A DNA stretch of 30,170 nucleotides from Candidatus Hadarchaeota archaeon (GCA_964452145.1 CAYVLA010000032.1:1-30170); one strand, 5' to 3'; counted from the stretch's first letter, positions 17,025 through 26,731 are shown. Notes: generated by a model from the letters alone, not told the origin. Numbers and translations: made by a program.

Positions 17025-19655
17025 ATGGCCCGTTATGACTGGCGGAAGATCGAGCCCAAGTGGCAGGAATGGTGGCAGAGGGAGAGGGTCTACGAGTTCG
17101 ACCAGAGCCCACAGGCCGCCGGGAAGGCGTACCTGATAGACAACCCGCCCCGCTATGCCTCGGGGGGGCTCCACGTAGGGCACGCGATTCACTACACCCA
17201 CATCGATATGGCGGCGCGATACAAGCGCATGACCGGCCACAACGTCATGTTCCCGCTTTGCTTCGACACCAACGGCATCCCGATCGAGGAGCGGGTCGAG
17301 CGCAACTTGGGGGTGACCAGGCTGGACGTGGACAGGCACAGATTTGTCGAGATGTGCCGGGAGTTCGCAAACCAGAACATCGAGGAGATGACCCGCCAAT
17401 TCAAGATCCTGGGCTGCTCCATGGATCCATCTGTCTACTACCAGACCGATGCACCGTACTACCGCCGGGTCACACAGATCAGCTTCCTCCGGATGTTCGA
17501 GCAGGGGCTCGTCTATAAGGGGACCTTTCCGGTGAACTGGTGCCCTAGGTGCCTCACGGCATTGGCAGACGCAGAGGTCGAATACAGGGATCGGGAGAGC
17601 CAGTACAACGACATCGTCTTCCGGGTTGAGGAGACTGGCGAGGAGGTCATCATCTCAACAACCCGCCCCGAGCTGCTCTGCACGTGTCAGATGGTTGCAC
17701 TGCATCCATCCAATCCAAGGGTGCAGGATCTGGTGGGCAAGCACATGATCACCCCTCTCTACGAGCGAGCCGTCCCCGTCATCGCTGACGAGAAGGTCGA
17801 TCCCGAGAAGGGTACCGGAGTGGTTATGATCTGTTCCATAGGTGATAAGGAGGATCTGCAGTGGATCCTGAAGCATCGGCTTCAGTTCGAGATGGCGATA
17901 GACGAGCAGGGAAGGATGACCGATCTCGCCGGCAGGTACCGGGGCATGAAGGTCGCAGAGGCACGCAAGGCCGTGCTCGAGGACCTGGAAGGGGTCGGCC
18001 TCCTCCGAGGCCAGAGGCCAACACTGCAGTCCGTTGGTACCTGCTGGAGGTGCCACACCGCCGTGGAGTTCCTACGAAGGCCCCAATGGTTCCTCAAGTC
18101 ACTGCCCTTCAAGGAGGCAGTTCTGGGTCACGCCGACGAGCTGAACTGGTACCCTCAGCATATGCGCCAGCGCCTCGACGACTGGGTGAATTCATTGGAG
18201 TGGGATTGGGTCATCTCGAGGCAGCGCTACTTCGCCACCCCGATACCAATCTGGGAATGCGATTGCGGAGAGGTCATCCCGGCCAGAGAGGAGCAGTGCT
18301 ACGTCGATCCCACAAAGCATAAGCCTCCTGTGGAGGCATGCCCCAAGTGCGGTGGCGAGCTCAAGGGGTGCGAGGACGTCTTCGATACCTGGATGGACAG
18401 CTCGATCTCGGCTCCGTACATAGCCTTCTGGAAACGCGATGACGAAAAGTTCGAAAGATACTACCCAAACGGCCTCAGGCCCCAGTCCAGCGACATCATC
18501 CGGACCTGGGCCTACTACTCGCTTCTCCGATCCCATCTCCTCTTCGGCACCAAGCCTTGGAGGGACATCATGATCGACGGCTTCATCCTGGCCCCGGATG
18601 GTACCCCCATGCACGCATCACTGGGCAACGCCATAGACCCGCTGGAGACCCTGGAGAGCTACGGGGCCGACGTTATGAGATATCTCGCCGCCTTGTGTGC
18701 AATAGGTCAGGACAGCAACTTCAGGCCTCCGGATCTCGTTAGAGGGCGGAGATTCGTCGAGAAGTTCTGGAACGTCCAGCAGTTCGTACAGCTTGCGCTC
18801 AGGAACTCCGATGCGAAGACAGATGCAAGAAGGGTGCTTGACGACTGGATACTGGATCTCTTGGCGGAGCTTGTAGATTCCGTACGCGTCCACTATGATA
18901 ACCTGGACTTCGCTCCGGCCATGAGGGAGATCCAGTACTTCCTGTGGCACGAGCTGGCCGACCACTACATCGAGCTGGTGAAGTCTCGGGTCTATGAGGG
19001 GAACGACCCTGGCGCGGTGCAGACCCTTTGGACTGCCGGCTTGGCCGTCACCAAGATGCTTGCTCCCCTCCTGCCTCATGTGACGGAGGAGGTCTACCAG
19101 CAGATCTACAAGGACCGCGAAGGAGCGCCGACCGTTCATCTATCGTCCTTTCCCGAGCCCCCCGCCCGGGCACACGAGGCCCGTCGGGTCGGGGAACTCG
19201 CCAAGGCCGTTGCCGGAGCCGTCCGGGGATGGAAGTCCGACAATGGATGGGCCCTCAACCGACCACTCGCGGCCGTCGAGGTGATCACTCCAGTCAAGGC
19301 CTTGGAGCTCGCGACCGATGAGCTTAGGGCTGCCATGGCTACAAAACGGCTTGATGTGGTCTCGGAGGATCCCACCCTTCACGAGGAACCGAGAGCCCTG
19401 CGACCGGTCCACGCGAAGCTGGGACCCAGGTTCAAGGTCCGAACGGTCGAGGTACTCAAGCTCATCGAGTCAGCCGATCCCGCCGAAGCATCCAGGTCCC
19501 TCAAGAAGGGCGGCTGGATGATCTGCCTGAAGGACGGAAGACAGGAATGTCTCACCGAGGCAGAGGTCGCGGTGGAATCGGGCTGGGTGTCCCATGGCCG
19601 TCCCGTTGAGACCATATCGGTGGAAGGGGGCCTTGTCGTCCTGAGGGCCGAGTAG
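17025..19655 (+). CDS. valS: Valyl-tRNA synthetase, archaeal type
   Basis: DNPP...LHVGH (HIGH), WCPRCLTALADAEV, TTRPEL editing domain, WDWVISRQRYFATPIP, DVFDTWMDSS, anticodon-binding DHYIELVKSR. Confidence 0.95.
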   Translation: MARYDWRKIEPKWQEWWQRERVYEFDQSPQAAGKAYLIDNPPRYASGGLHVGHAIHYTHIDMAARYKRMTGHNVMFPLCFDTNGIPIEERVERNLGVTRLDVDRHRFVEMCREFANQNIEEMTRQFKILGCSMDPSVYYQTDAPYYRRVTQISFLRMFEQGLVYKGTFPVNWCPRCLTALADAEVEYRDRESQYNDIVFRVEETGEEVIISTTRPELLCTCQMVALHPSNPRVQDLVGKHMITPLYERAVPVIADEKVDPEKGTGVVMICSIGDKEDLQWILKHRLQFEMAIDEQGRMTDLAGRYRGMKVAEARKAVLEDLEGVGLLRGQRPTLQSVGTCWRCHTAVEFLRRPQWFLKSLPFKEAVLGHADELNWYPQHMRQRLDDWVNSLEWDWVISRQRYFATPIPIWECDCGEVIPAREEQCYVDPTKHKPPVEACPKCGGELKGCEDVFDTWMDSSISAPYIAFWKRDDEKFERYYPNGLRPQSSDIIRTWAYYSLLRSHLLFGTKPWRDIMIDGFILAPDGTPMHASLGNAIDPLETLESYGADVMRYLAALCAIGQDSNFRPPDLVRGRRFVEKFWNVQQFVQLALRNSDAKTDARRVLDDWILDLLAELVDSVRVHYDNLDFAPAMREIQYFLWHELADHYIELVKSRVYEGNDPGAVQTLWTAGLAVTKMLAPLLPHVTEEVYQQIYKDREGAPTVHLSSFPEPPARAHEARRVGELAKAVAGAVRGWKSDNGWALNRPLAAVEVITPVKALELATDELRAAMATKRLDVVSEDPTLHEEPRALRPVHAKLGPRFKVRTVEVLKLIESADPAEASRSLKKGGWMICLKDGRQECLTEAEVAVESGWVSHGRPVETISVEGGLVVLRAE

Positions 19656-19671
19656 CCTCGAGCAGGCCTCT

Positions 19672-20190
19672 GTGGGATTGATCATCACGCTGGAAGGTCC
19701 AAACATGCCAAGACCTGACCTGGACGCGATGCACCAGATCAGGCTCTTCAAGTACGTTCAGAGAGTCTCCGATATCATAGGCGAGGATGAGGCCTGGGGC
19801 CTGCTCGAGGACTTGGTGGAGCAGGGAAGGGTTGCATGGCTGGATGGGCGCAGGATCATGCCTGAGACGCGATCGGACTCGGTTCAAAGGGCCTTCCATC
19901 TTTTCTACGAGGAGTACCTCGGCCTTGACCAGCGGGACTTAAGGGTCGTCCTGCGGACACCCCGGAAGCTGGTCATGCAGTGGAGGAATCCGTGCCCGAC
20001 CCTTGCGGCCTGCCTGGAGCTAGGCTTGGACACCAGGATGGTATGCAGGAGGGTCTACGAAGGGCCAACCCAGAGCTTTATGGCACGAATCGATCCCAGA
20101 CTCAAGTTCTCAAGAGACTATAGCAGGATAAGGCCGCATGCAGACTTCTGCGAGGAAACCCTGGCCCTGAACGGGCAAGGTTCGAAATAG
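19672..20190 (+). CDS. Hypothetical protein with C-x5-C...C...C, resembling V4R/ATC-hydrolase-like small-ligand-binding folds
   Basis: NPCPTLAAC...DTRMVC...IDPRLKFSRDYSRIRPHADFCEE; 16 bp downstream of valS. Start could be ATG 19705. Confidence 0.65.
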   Translation: MGLIITLEGPNMPRPDLDAMHQIRLFKYVQRVSDIIGEDEAWGLLEDLVEQGRVAWLDGRRIMPETRSDSVQRAFHLFYEEYLGLDQRDLRVVLRTPRKLVMQWRNPCPTLAACLELGLDTRMVCRRVYEGPTQSFMARIDPRLKFSRDYSRIRPHADFCEETLALNGQGSK

Positions 20191-20354
20191 CGCCCGAGCC
20201 CGGGCAGTGATACGTTGTCCCAGATGCCCCAATACTGGCCTCGATGAGGCAATCATCTTTTAGGCGGGTTGGCAGCTTCCAGATTACGATGGATCGGTAG
20301 GGCTCGTGTATCGGCACTCGGCCGATCCGTCGGGCCAGGCTTCTGCGCACCGAT

Positions 20355-21151
20355 TCAATCCCTTCCGCTGGTCAGAGCGACTTCTCCGTTTCTGACGACG
20401 ACCGTCCTGCCCCCCTTGTTAACGACGATCTCGCCCGAGCTATTGGCAATGACGATGCCTTGATCATTGCAGACGAAGCTGCCCTTGCCATCGCGGTAGA
20501 CGGTGGAGGCGCCTTTCACCACCAGCACATCGAAGGCATCGCCCCGGGGAAAGGCCAAGAGGCTCCCGTCTCTTCCGGGTCCCTGCCTCCCGGCACAGTT
20601 CCAGAAGGCCTTGCACATTCTCCCCCCAACACCGAACAGCTCGTCGCACCCCGTGTACTGCCGCGCCATGATGTCCTCCTGCGTCGCCGGCCCAATATCC
20701 AGATGGCTAGAAAGGCCGAAGAAGATGAAGGGACCGTCAATCCGTCTCTTTTCCGGAGCCCCCATGGCGCCCAGCTCGGTTTCCACGATGCGATCCACGA
20801 GAAGCCGACCACGCCCATCCACGAAGTACCCCTCACTCTGCCCCATACGTACGTGCACGAACAATGCGCCCCTTTCCACTTCTACGCGGGCCCTTTCATT
20901 TGCCACGATGACGGATGCAGCTCTGAGTACATGGACCTGGGGGGACGGGACCATCAGCCCACCGCCCTCGGGAGGAACCGTGACCAACCGCGAATCCTCC
21001 TGGTCGCGGTGGAGAGAGCGCCAAGAGTCCTGTGCGTCGCGGGCAGTTGCACCGCCGCGTCCAGGTGCGTATCGGAAGCAAGCCTGCTGGCCGTGGCGAC
21101 TTGGGACTCAGGACAGGACATGCTGCTTGCAGCCAGCTCGATCTCGATCAT
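20355..21151 (-). pseudogene. Hypothetical protein apparently split by a frameshift
   Basis: ATG 21151 directly follows the ArsR stop (TGAATG), but that frame ends at 20954. The long downstream frame is open from 21107 to 20355 and has no ATG/GTG/TTG until 20987. Confidence 0.55.
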
Positions 21152-21826
21152 TCAATCACCCTGGGAGAAGCCCCTCGCCCAGCGCAAGGCCCTCCTGCCG
21201 AGAAGTGTGAGCAGGTACCTGCCCCGCACGGCCTCCTGGGCAATCAGGCCCGCTTCCTCCAACGTCTTCAGATGGCTGGAGAGCGTGCTTGCGGACACCG
21301 GGATCCTGGCCTCGAGCTCGCTTGCGTACATGCCGCCGGTCGCCATCTCCTTCAAGATGCGGACTCGGTGCTCATTTCCCAGAGCAGCGAAAACCTTGGA
21401 GGAGAGCGCCTCGTCCACATCTCCCCGATCCTTCCCGCGGCCCGTTGCCACCATGATCTTGTCGGTGCCGACGAATATCGACTTCTGGATCTCGCCCTTG
21501 ATGCCGTTGACGACCTCCTCCATGATCTCGCCCATGGAGCCGATATCGATGATCATCTTGCTGCCGTCATCGCTCTTGGAGAAGATCATCCTCGCGGGCC
21601 TCGCTCTGCGCTCTTCCTCGCCTTCGGGAGGCGGCCTGTCGCCGTGCCTCGGCTCCTCCTTTGCTTGCTCGTTCGGGGGGGCCTGATCTCCTGCTCGCTC
21701 ATCTTGGGCCTCTTCGGGTTCTTCAGGTTCGGTGCGGGCCTTCGCCCGCAGCTCTTCCTTCAGGTGCCTGAGTTCCTCCTTGAGAGCCTTCAGCTCTTCG
21801 CGGACATCTTCCTCGGGTGCCGACAC
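21152..21826 (-). CDS. ArsR/SmtB-family winged-HTH regulator with N-terminal coiled coil and acidic linker
   Basis: FAALGNEHRVRILKEM...STLSSHLKTLEEAGLI...GRYLLTLLG. GTG 21826 lies downstream of a strong TATA box. Confidence 0.88.
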   Translation of the reverse strand: MSAPEEDVREELKALKEELRHLKEELRAKARTEPEEPEEAQDERAGDQAPPNEQAKEEPRHGDRPPPEGEEERRARPARMIFSKSDDGSKMIIDIGSMGEIMEEVVNGIKGEIQKSIFVGTDKIMVATGRGKDRGDVDEALSSKVFAALGNEHRVRILKEMATGGMYASELEARIPVSASTLSSHLKTLEEAGLIAQEAVRGRYLLTLLGRRALRWARGFSQGD

Positions 21827-21855
21827 ACTTATCAACACTCTTAGTTCGCTTGTAG

Positions 21856-21880
21856 ACGAACTGAGTTCGTAGTATATAAA
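21856..21880 (-). promoter_or_regulatory. TATA box (TTTATATA, 21880-21873) with adjacent palindromic operator ACGAACT-G-AGTTCGT (21856-21870)
   Basis: Perfect 7-1-7 inverted repeat immediately downstream of a canonical archaeal TATA box in front of the ArsR gene. Confidence 0.7.
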
Positions 21881-22007
21881 TCTTATGTCCCGAAGATCCA
21901 CATCTAATTCGACTCGAATGAGAACCGTCCCCAGCCGACGATCGGTTCCCGAATCCAGGGGAACAGTTCTTATACCTCCGTGACCTGCCGTTACCCTGCC
22001 TCAGGCG

Positions 22008-22487
22008 GTGATCCACGTGGTCGTCAAACTCCCGAGGATGAAGGACGAGGAGATCAGGAAGCTGGTTCGAGGCCAGATGCTCTGTCGGATAGCCTTCAAA
22101 GGCGATGATTATCCTTACATGGCGCCCTTCCAGTACGTTTACATGAAAAGATGTCTGTACTTCCACTTCACGCACTATGGGAGGAAGATGAAGCTCCTGG
22201 ATAGGGACGAGCGTGTCTGCGTTGAGATAGAGAGATACAAGGCCGACCTGAGTGAGTACAGCTTCGTGGTCATCACTGGGAGGCTGGCACCGGTGACCGA
22301 TCCCGCCGAGAGGAGCGAAGCGATAAGGCGAATGGCAGAGCAGGGTCGTAGAAGACTCTCGACCAACTTCCTAGTGGCTCACGGCTTCGGCAGGGATGAG
22401 GATTGGTCATCGTTCACCCCGGACAAACCCCTGTTCATCGTTAAGCTCGGCGAAGTAGTTGAGGAGATGGGCCTGAAGTCACCCTAA
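22008..22487 (+). CDS. Pyridoxamine 5'-phosphate oxidase-like (NimA-type) flavin-binding protein
   Basis: CRIAF...YPYMAPFQY...LYFHFTHYGRKM...VCVEIE...YSFVVITG; TTCTTATA about 35 bp upstream. Confidence 0.85.
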   Translation: MIHVVVKLPRMKDEEIRKLVRGQMLCRIAFKGDDYPYMAPFQYVYMKRCLYFHFTHYGRKMKLLDRDERVCVEIERYKADLSEYSFVVITGRLAPVTDPAERSEAIRRMAEQGRRRLSTNFLVAHGFGRDEDWSSFTPDKPLFIVKLGEVVEEMGLKSP

Positions 22488-22608
22488 GCGCCTTTGGCCC
22501 TGCACGACTTGCCCGAATCGGAGAAGTCCTGGTGGAGTTAACCCGGATGTCTGATGATTTGGGGCGCCGGAGGAACCCCTCAGCGCGGGTCGTGATGCCT
22601 GATTCAGA

Positions 22609-22869
22609 TCATTCGGAAGGCTCTTCTTCCAGTCGCTTTCCTCGCACCACCAAGCCCTTGGAGGAGGGCCACCACTGGACGGCAACGCCGAGCCTTTCTG
22701 CGAACTTCTGGACGAGGACCAGATCCGAAGGCTTCCCGTATAGGGACCAGCTGGCCACGATGGGCGCTTCCCCGTGGTTCATCTTGGCTTCGATGGGCGG
22801 CAACTTCCTACCGGCACCGATCCCGACGAGCCCCTCTTCGATCTTCACATCACGGATACCGACGGACAT
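22609..22869 (-). CDS. Small hypothetical protein (86 aa)
   Basis: Coding-like codon bias from ATG 22869 (MSVGIRDVKIEEGL...); no recognised motif. Confidence 0.5.
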   Translation of the reverse strand: MSVGIRDVKIEEGLVGIGAGRKLPPIEAKMNHGEAPIVASWSLYGKPSDLVLVQKFAERLGVAVQWWPSSKGLVVRGKRLEEEPSE

Positions 22870-22978
22870 GTAGGACCCCCGATCCAATCCGGCAGGGGTG
22901 CCTATTAGCTGTGACGGTCGAGGGTCGAGGGATCGATCCCCGGGTTGCTGCAATGTTCTTCCGACACTCTGGGCTAAG

Positions 22979-24526
22979 CTAGGACCTTCCGGGACGCGTA
23001 TACACCGCTGTGAGCTCCGTCATTCCCCTGACGTCAAATTGCAGCGCTTTTTTTGACTCATCTTTCCCGTGAATCATCCAGTTTCGGAATTCGTAGCCCG
23101 CACCTTCCATCGGTCTGGTGGGCTCCGCAGGGTCCATCAGTCTTCCAAGTTTCTCGATCGAGCCATATCCCTTGGATATCTCGAGCCCCTTGGGCCTGAG
23201 ATCCGAGGCCTCGACGGTGTGCCTTCCGGGTTTGGCATATCTGCAGACCAGTGTGCCGTAGTCGGGGCCCTTGTCGTAGGCGATCAGCCACCGCCCGCTA
23301 TGGGTGAATGCCTCGACGCCGTCGATAAGGAATCTGACGTTCCCAAGCGGCGGAGATGTCACGATCTTCAAAGTGTGAGGCTGCGGATCGGGCCCGGGCT
23401 GGTCCGGGATGTAGAGATAGACCCTGCCCGACTCCGCAGGCACGCTGACCAACACCTGAATACCCCAGTCTCCCACCGCCCTGTCTTCGTAGACGTCGAT
23501 GACCCTTTGGCCCTCTCTCGCCTCCAAGAGGACCTCACCTGCCGTCTTCTCGGGGTTCACAGCGACCAATCCCCGTTCGAACCTCCGGAAGTGGACGTCT
23601 CCCCGCTCCTCCTCAGGTCCCAGGGGCTCCCCGAGCCTTATGCTGTACAATACTTCGGCAGGGTCGCCTTTCAGTACGTCCCCGCCGGCCGACCATAGAA
23701 AGCCGGACAGGCGTGCCGAGCAGTAGCAGAAGTAAGCGTCGTCCTTGATCGGGTTCTTGGTGTGGCCCAGGTAGCTGAGGGCCAGGACCGCCTTGCCTTG
23801 GTCGAGATGCTTCCTTGTCTTCCTGCCCATGGCGTTCCAGTGGGAGTGCCAATCGAACCATCTCTCCTGGGAGACCCACGTGCAGATGTACGACTCGGCC
23901 ATATCTGCGTCGGCATGCTCCCAGTATTCCTCGGGAAGGCTTTCGGGACTTGCCGAGTTGAGCAAAAGCACCCCCTCCGGATCGTGCCTCCTTATGACCT
24001 CCCTTGCCCGCTTGAGGAGGGAAGAAAAGGCCTTGACTTGGTCGTCGTGAATGTGCTCATGGGCACCGAAAGACGGTCCAAAGCAGGGTTGTCTGGCTCC
24101 GATGTTGTCGACAAAGATGCCACCGGCTCCGGCCTCCATCAGGGATTCCACATGCTTCAGAATGGCCCGAACATAGCCCTCTACATTCGGACACGTGACG
24201 TACCAGTTCTTCTGATCCTCGCTGTCCCAGAAGCTGTTGCGCTTCCAGTTGCCCCCCGAATCCACCTCTATCCAGTCGGCATGCTTGCGCAACTCCATCC
24301 CCTGGTAGATGTGCTGCATGGGCAGCTGGTACATGGTGACGTAGGGGACCGGCCGCGATCCCAAAGAGCGGAGTCGCTTCATCCAAGCGGCAAGGGGAGG
24401 TACATGGGTCACGAAGTCGAAGCGATATCGACTCAGCTGGATCCAATCCGAAATGGCCTCCCCGTAGACCTCGCTGCGCGGCAGCCAACCAGTCTCCATG
24501 GGGGTGCATCGGTCCGCCTCCTTCAT
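22979..24526 (-). CDS. Putative glycoside hydrolase, GHL15-like TIM barrel with C-terminal beta domain
   Basis: HADWI, GGIFVDN, LLNS, MAES, and LGEPLGP...VHFRRFERGLVAVNP typical of GHL15 C-termini. No signal peptide. Confidence 0.7.
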   Translation of the reverse strand: MKEADRCTPMETGWLPRSEVYGEAISDWIQLSRYRFDFVTHVPPLAAWMKRLRSLGSRPVPYVTMYQLPMQHIYQGMELRKHADWIEVDSGGNWKRNSFWDSEDQKNWYVTCPNVEGYVRAILKHVESLMEAGAGGIFVDNIGARQPCFGPSFGAHEHIHDDQVKAFSSLLKRAREVIRRHDPEGVLLLNSASPESLPEEYWEHADADMAESYICTWVSQERWFDWHSHWNAMGRKTRKHLDQGKAVLALSYLGHTKNPIKDDAYFCYCSARLSGFLWSAGGDVLKGDPAEVLYSIRLGEPLGPEEERGDVHFRRFERGLVAVNPEKTAGEVLLEAREGQRVIDVYEDRAVGDWGIQVLVSVPAESGRVYLYIPDQPGPDPQPHTLKIVTSPPLGNVRFLIDGVEAFTHSGRWLIAYDKGPDYGTLVCRYAKPGRHTVEASDLRPKGLEISKGYGSIEKLGRLMDPAEPTRPMEGAGYEFRNWMIHGKDESKKALQFDVRGMTELTAVYTRPGRS

Positions 24527-24742
24527 AATTCTTTGCCAGTGGGCTGTGGTCTGTGGTTCCGCGCTTCGGGAGGGATCTGTTGAGCGAGAACGGCGGAGTC
24601 AGCCCTGGTGTTGTCCTCCTCGGATGGTGCTTTGTAGAGGTAGGAGAAGTGGTAACCTGATGCTAGGAGGATCGTGAATATCACAATCGGTCCGGCCGCT
24701 CCAACGGCTGCAGTAATATGCCGTCATTGCCCAAGTCGCGCC

Positions 24743-25021
24743 ATGGTGCGAGAACATTCGGGGGAAGGGGTCCCATCGGTGGAAGACATCCGGGACGAAC
24801 TCGCCGCATGCGTGGACTTGATAGGTCAGGGATCCGCGGCGGCGGCAGCGACTCGGCTCACGAAGCTTAGATGGCGTCTCGAGCAAGTCGACAGGCTCCC
24901 GGAGAGTTCCCGTCCCAAGCCGCAGGAAGGGGAAGGCCCCGCACTGGTGGATGAGGCAGGTGCCCCGCTGTTTGCATGGGAATTCGAGGGATCCATTCAC
25001 CCGACCCGGAGATCGTGTTAA
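24743..25021 (+). CDS. Small hypothetical protein
   Basis: 92-codon ORF with a helical pattern (SVEDIRDELAACVDLI...); no family recognised. Confidence 0.4.
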   Translation: MVREHSGEGVPSVEDIRDELAACVDLIGQGSAAAAATRLTKLRWRLEQVDRLPESSRPKPQEGEGPALVDEAGAPLFAWEFEGSIHPTRRSC

Positions 25022-25366
25022 GGCTTGGGCATACTGGCGGATGTCACACTGATTGGCTGCGCCTTGGACGGGGTAGCCCACGCGGGGACCGCGTCGAAGC
25101 GTGTGGATCGGCGCAACCGCAAGCTCGGATGTTTGTGGTGGGCAACTGCAAGCTTCCATTTTCGTAAGCGTCGGGTCATGGTTCCCCCGGGCTTCGTCCC
25201 TCGGACATAGTCCAGGCCCTCGCTCGATGGCTGGGCGGGCCTCTGGCAGCGTTCCAGAAGGTTCCGGCGAACACTTATAATCCGTCTCATGGTAAGCCGG
25301 TTACCAAGGAGCACAAAGACGGGCGAAGAGGTCCAAAGCCCGTGCGAGAACGGAGGCATTGATATC

Positions 25367-26731
25367 GTGGGCATAGCGAAAAGGTCCTTGGCAAACATTT
25401 GGAGAAGATGGGCAGGCACTATTCTGATCGTCGTCGCTCTTGGATTCTCCGTATCGATCGCGATATCGGTTCCCGCCGCCTTGAAGGCGCAGGGGAACAT
25501 CACCGAAAGCGTCGTGCAGATCCAGAGGGTGGGGTATCAGGGCATGATCAACCTTACGGCAACCGAGATCTTGGTCGAGCCCCCCATGCCCATGTTCGAG
25601 TCCAGAGGGGGTGGAATGGGCATGCGCGCACCTTCCTTCTTCGGCGCACGATTCCTTAACCAAACCCTGGCAGGCGAGATATCATCGATGGCAGGGGTGG
25701 ATGCCGTTGTCTCCCAGCTGCAGAGCATGGTGTCCCTGCCTTCGGATACTGCCTCGGACCAGATGGGGTTTCGCAGGAACTTCCTCCAGATCATAGGCGT
25801 GCAGTTGGACGCATCGATTCCGGAGGAACGCAACCCGCTACCATCAAACCTGGTGGAGGGCCGGCAGCTTGGAGAAGATGATGCTGGAGGGATAATGATC
25901 GGATCCAACCTTGGGGAGCAGCTCGGAATCGGGGCGGGAGATGCGATAGAGCTGGGTGATTCCACGTTCCAGGTCGTGGGCGTCTACGGCTCCGCAACCA
26001 TTTCCGGGTCCGACCAGACCAGGGCACTCCGTTTCTCGCCCAGCCAAGCCTACATGCTGCTTTCCGATGCGCAGAGCCTGTTCGACATGGCCGGCCAGGT
26101 CAGCTCCGTGAGGGTTTTCGCGATCAGCGTGGACGAGGTGGACAGGATCGCACAGGAGATATCTGATAGATATGGGGAGAACGTATCCGTTACGACGCAG
26201 GCGAGTTTGCTGGACAGGATGTCGGATGTCTACAGGACCGTGGAGGACTCGGTCACAAGCAGCCTGAGCCAGATGAAGAGTACCGCGGCACAGCAGATCG
26301 CCATCTCCCTAATCGTGGGTGGGGTCATCGTGTTCTCCACGATGTTCTATTCCGTGCGGCAGAGAACCAAGGAGATAGGGATACTCAAGGCCCTCGGCTT
26401 CAGGGATCGCGACGTGATGGGCCAGTTCATGATGGAGGGAATCATCGTGGCCGTGATAGGAGGGCTCGCAGGGATTGCCATCGCAGCCGTGGGGGCGCCG
26501 ACCTTGGCGAACCTGTTGCTCAGGCCCTTGTCAGCAGCCGGAGGAACGGGAGGCGGCGGCATGTTTCCGGCCCGGATGGAGCAGGCCGTATTCCAGCTGA
26601 GCGCTCCCTTGGATCTGGGCCTGGTTCTCATGGGATTCGGCATCGCGGTGGCGCTTGGCTTGGTGGGAAGCTTCTATCCGGCCCTTCATGCCTCTAGACA
26701 GAACCCGGTGGAGGCCTTGAGACATGAGTAG
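25367..26731 (+). CDS. MacB/FtsX-family (type VII) ABC permease
   Basis: SLANIWRR + TM1, large extracellular domain (EGRQL...IMIGSNL...GDAIEL...FQVVGVY), then SVRQRTKEIGILKALGF and YPALHASRQNPVEALRHE. GTG 25367 follows GGAGG; CTTATAA at about 25274. Confidence 0.92.
   Translation: MGIAKRSLANIWRRWAGTILIVVALGFSVSIAISVPAALKAQGNITESVVQIQRVGYQGMINLTATEILVEPPMPMFESRGGGMGMRAPSFFGARFLNQTLAGEISSMAGVDAVVSQLQSMVSLPSDTASDQMGFRRNFLQIIGVQLDASIPEERNPLPSNLVEGRQLGEDDAGGIMIGSNLGEQLGIGAGDAIELGDSTFQVVGVYGSATISGSDQTRALRFSPSQAYMLLSDAQSLFDMAGQVSSVRVFAISVDEVDRIAQEISDRYGENVSVTTQASLLDRMSDVYRTVEDSVTSSLSQMKSTAAQQIAISLIVGGVIVFSTMFYSVRQRTKEIGILKALGFRDRDVMGQFMMEGIIVAVIGGLAGIAIAAVGAPTLANLLLRPLSAAGGTGGGGMFPARMEQAVFQLSAPLDLGLVLMGFGIAVALGLVGSFYPALHASRQNPVEALRHE

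Noticed and set aside
21108..21110. Selenocysteine or readthrough at the TGA preceding the 20355 frame
   Set aside because: The upstream sequence in that frame is not protein-like; a frameshift from the coupled ATG is simpler.
20460..21844. 408-aa, 235-aa and 270-aa plus-strand ORFs
   Set aside because: Antisense to the ArsR gene and its partner; no recognisable domains.
22545..22612. CTGATGA...GTGATGC-CTGA as another C/D RNA
   Set aside because: Box spacing does not leave room for guide regions.
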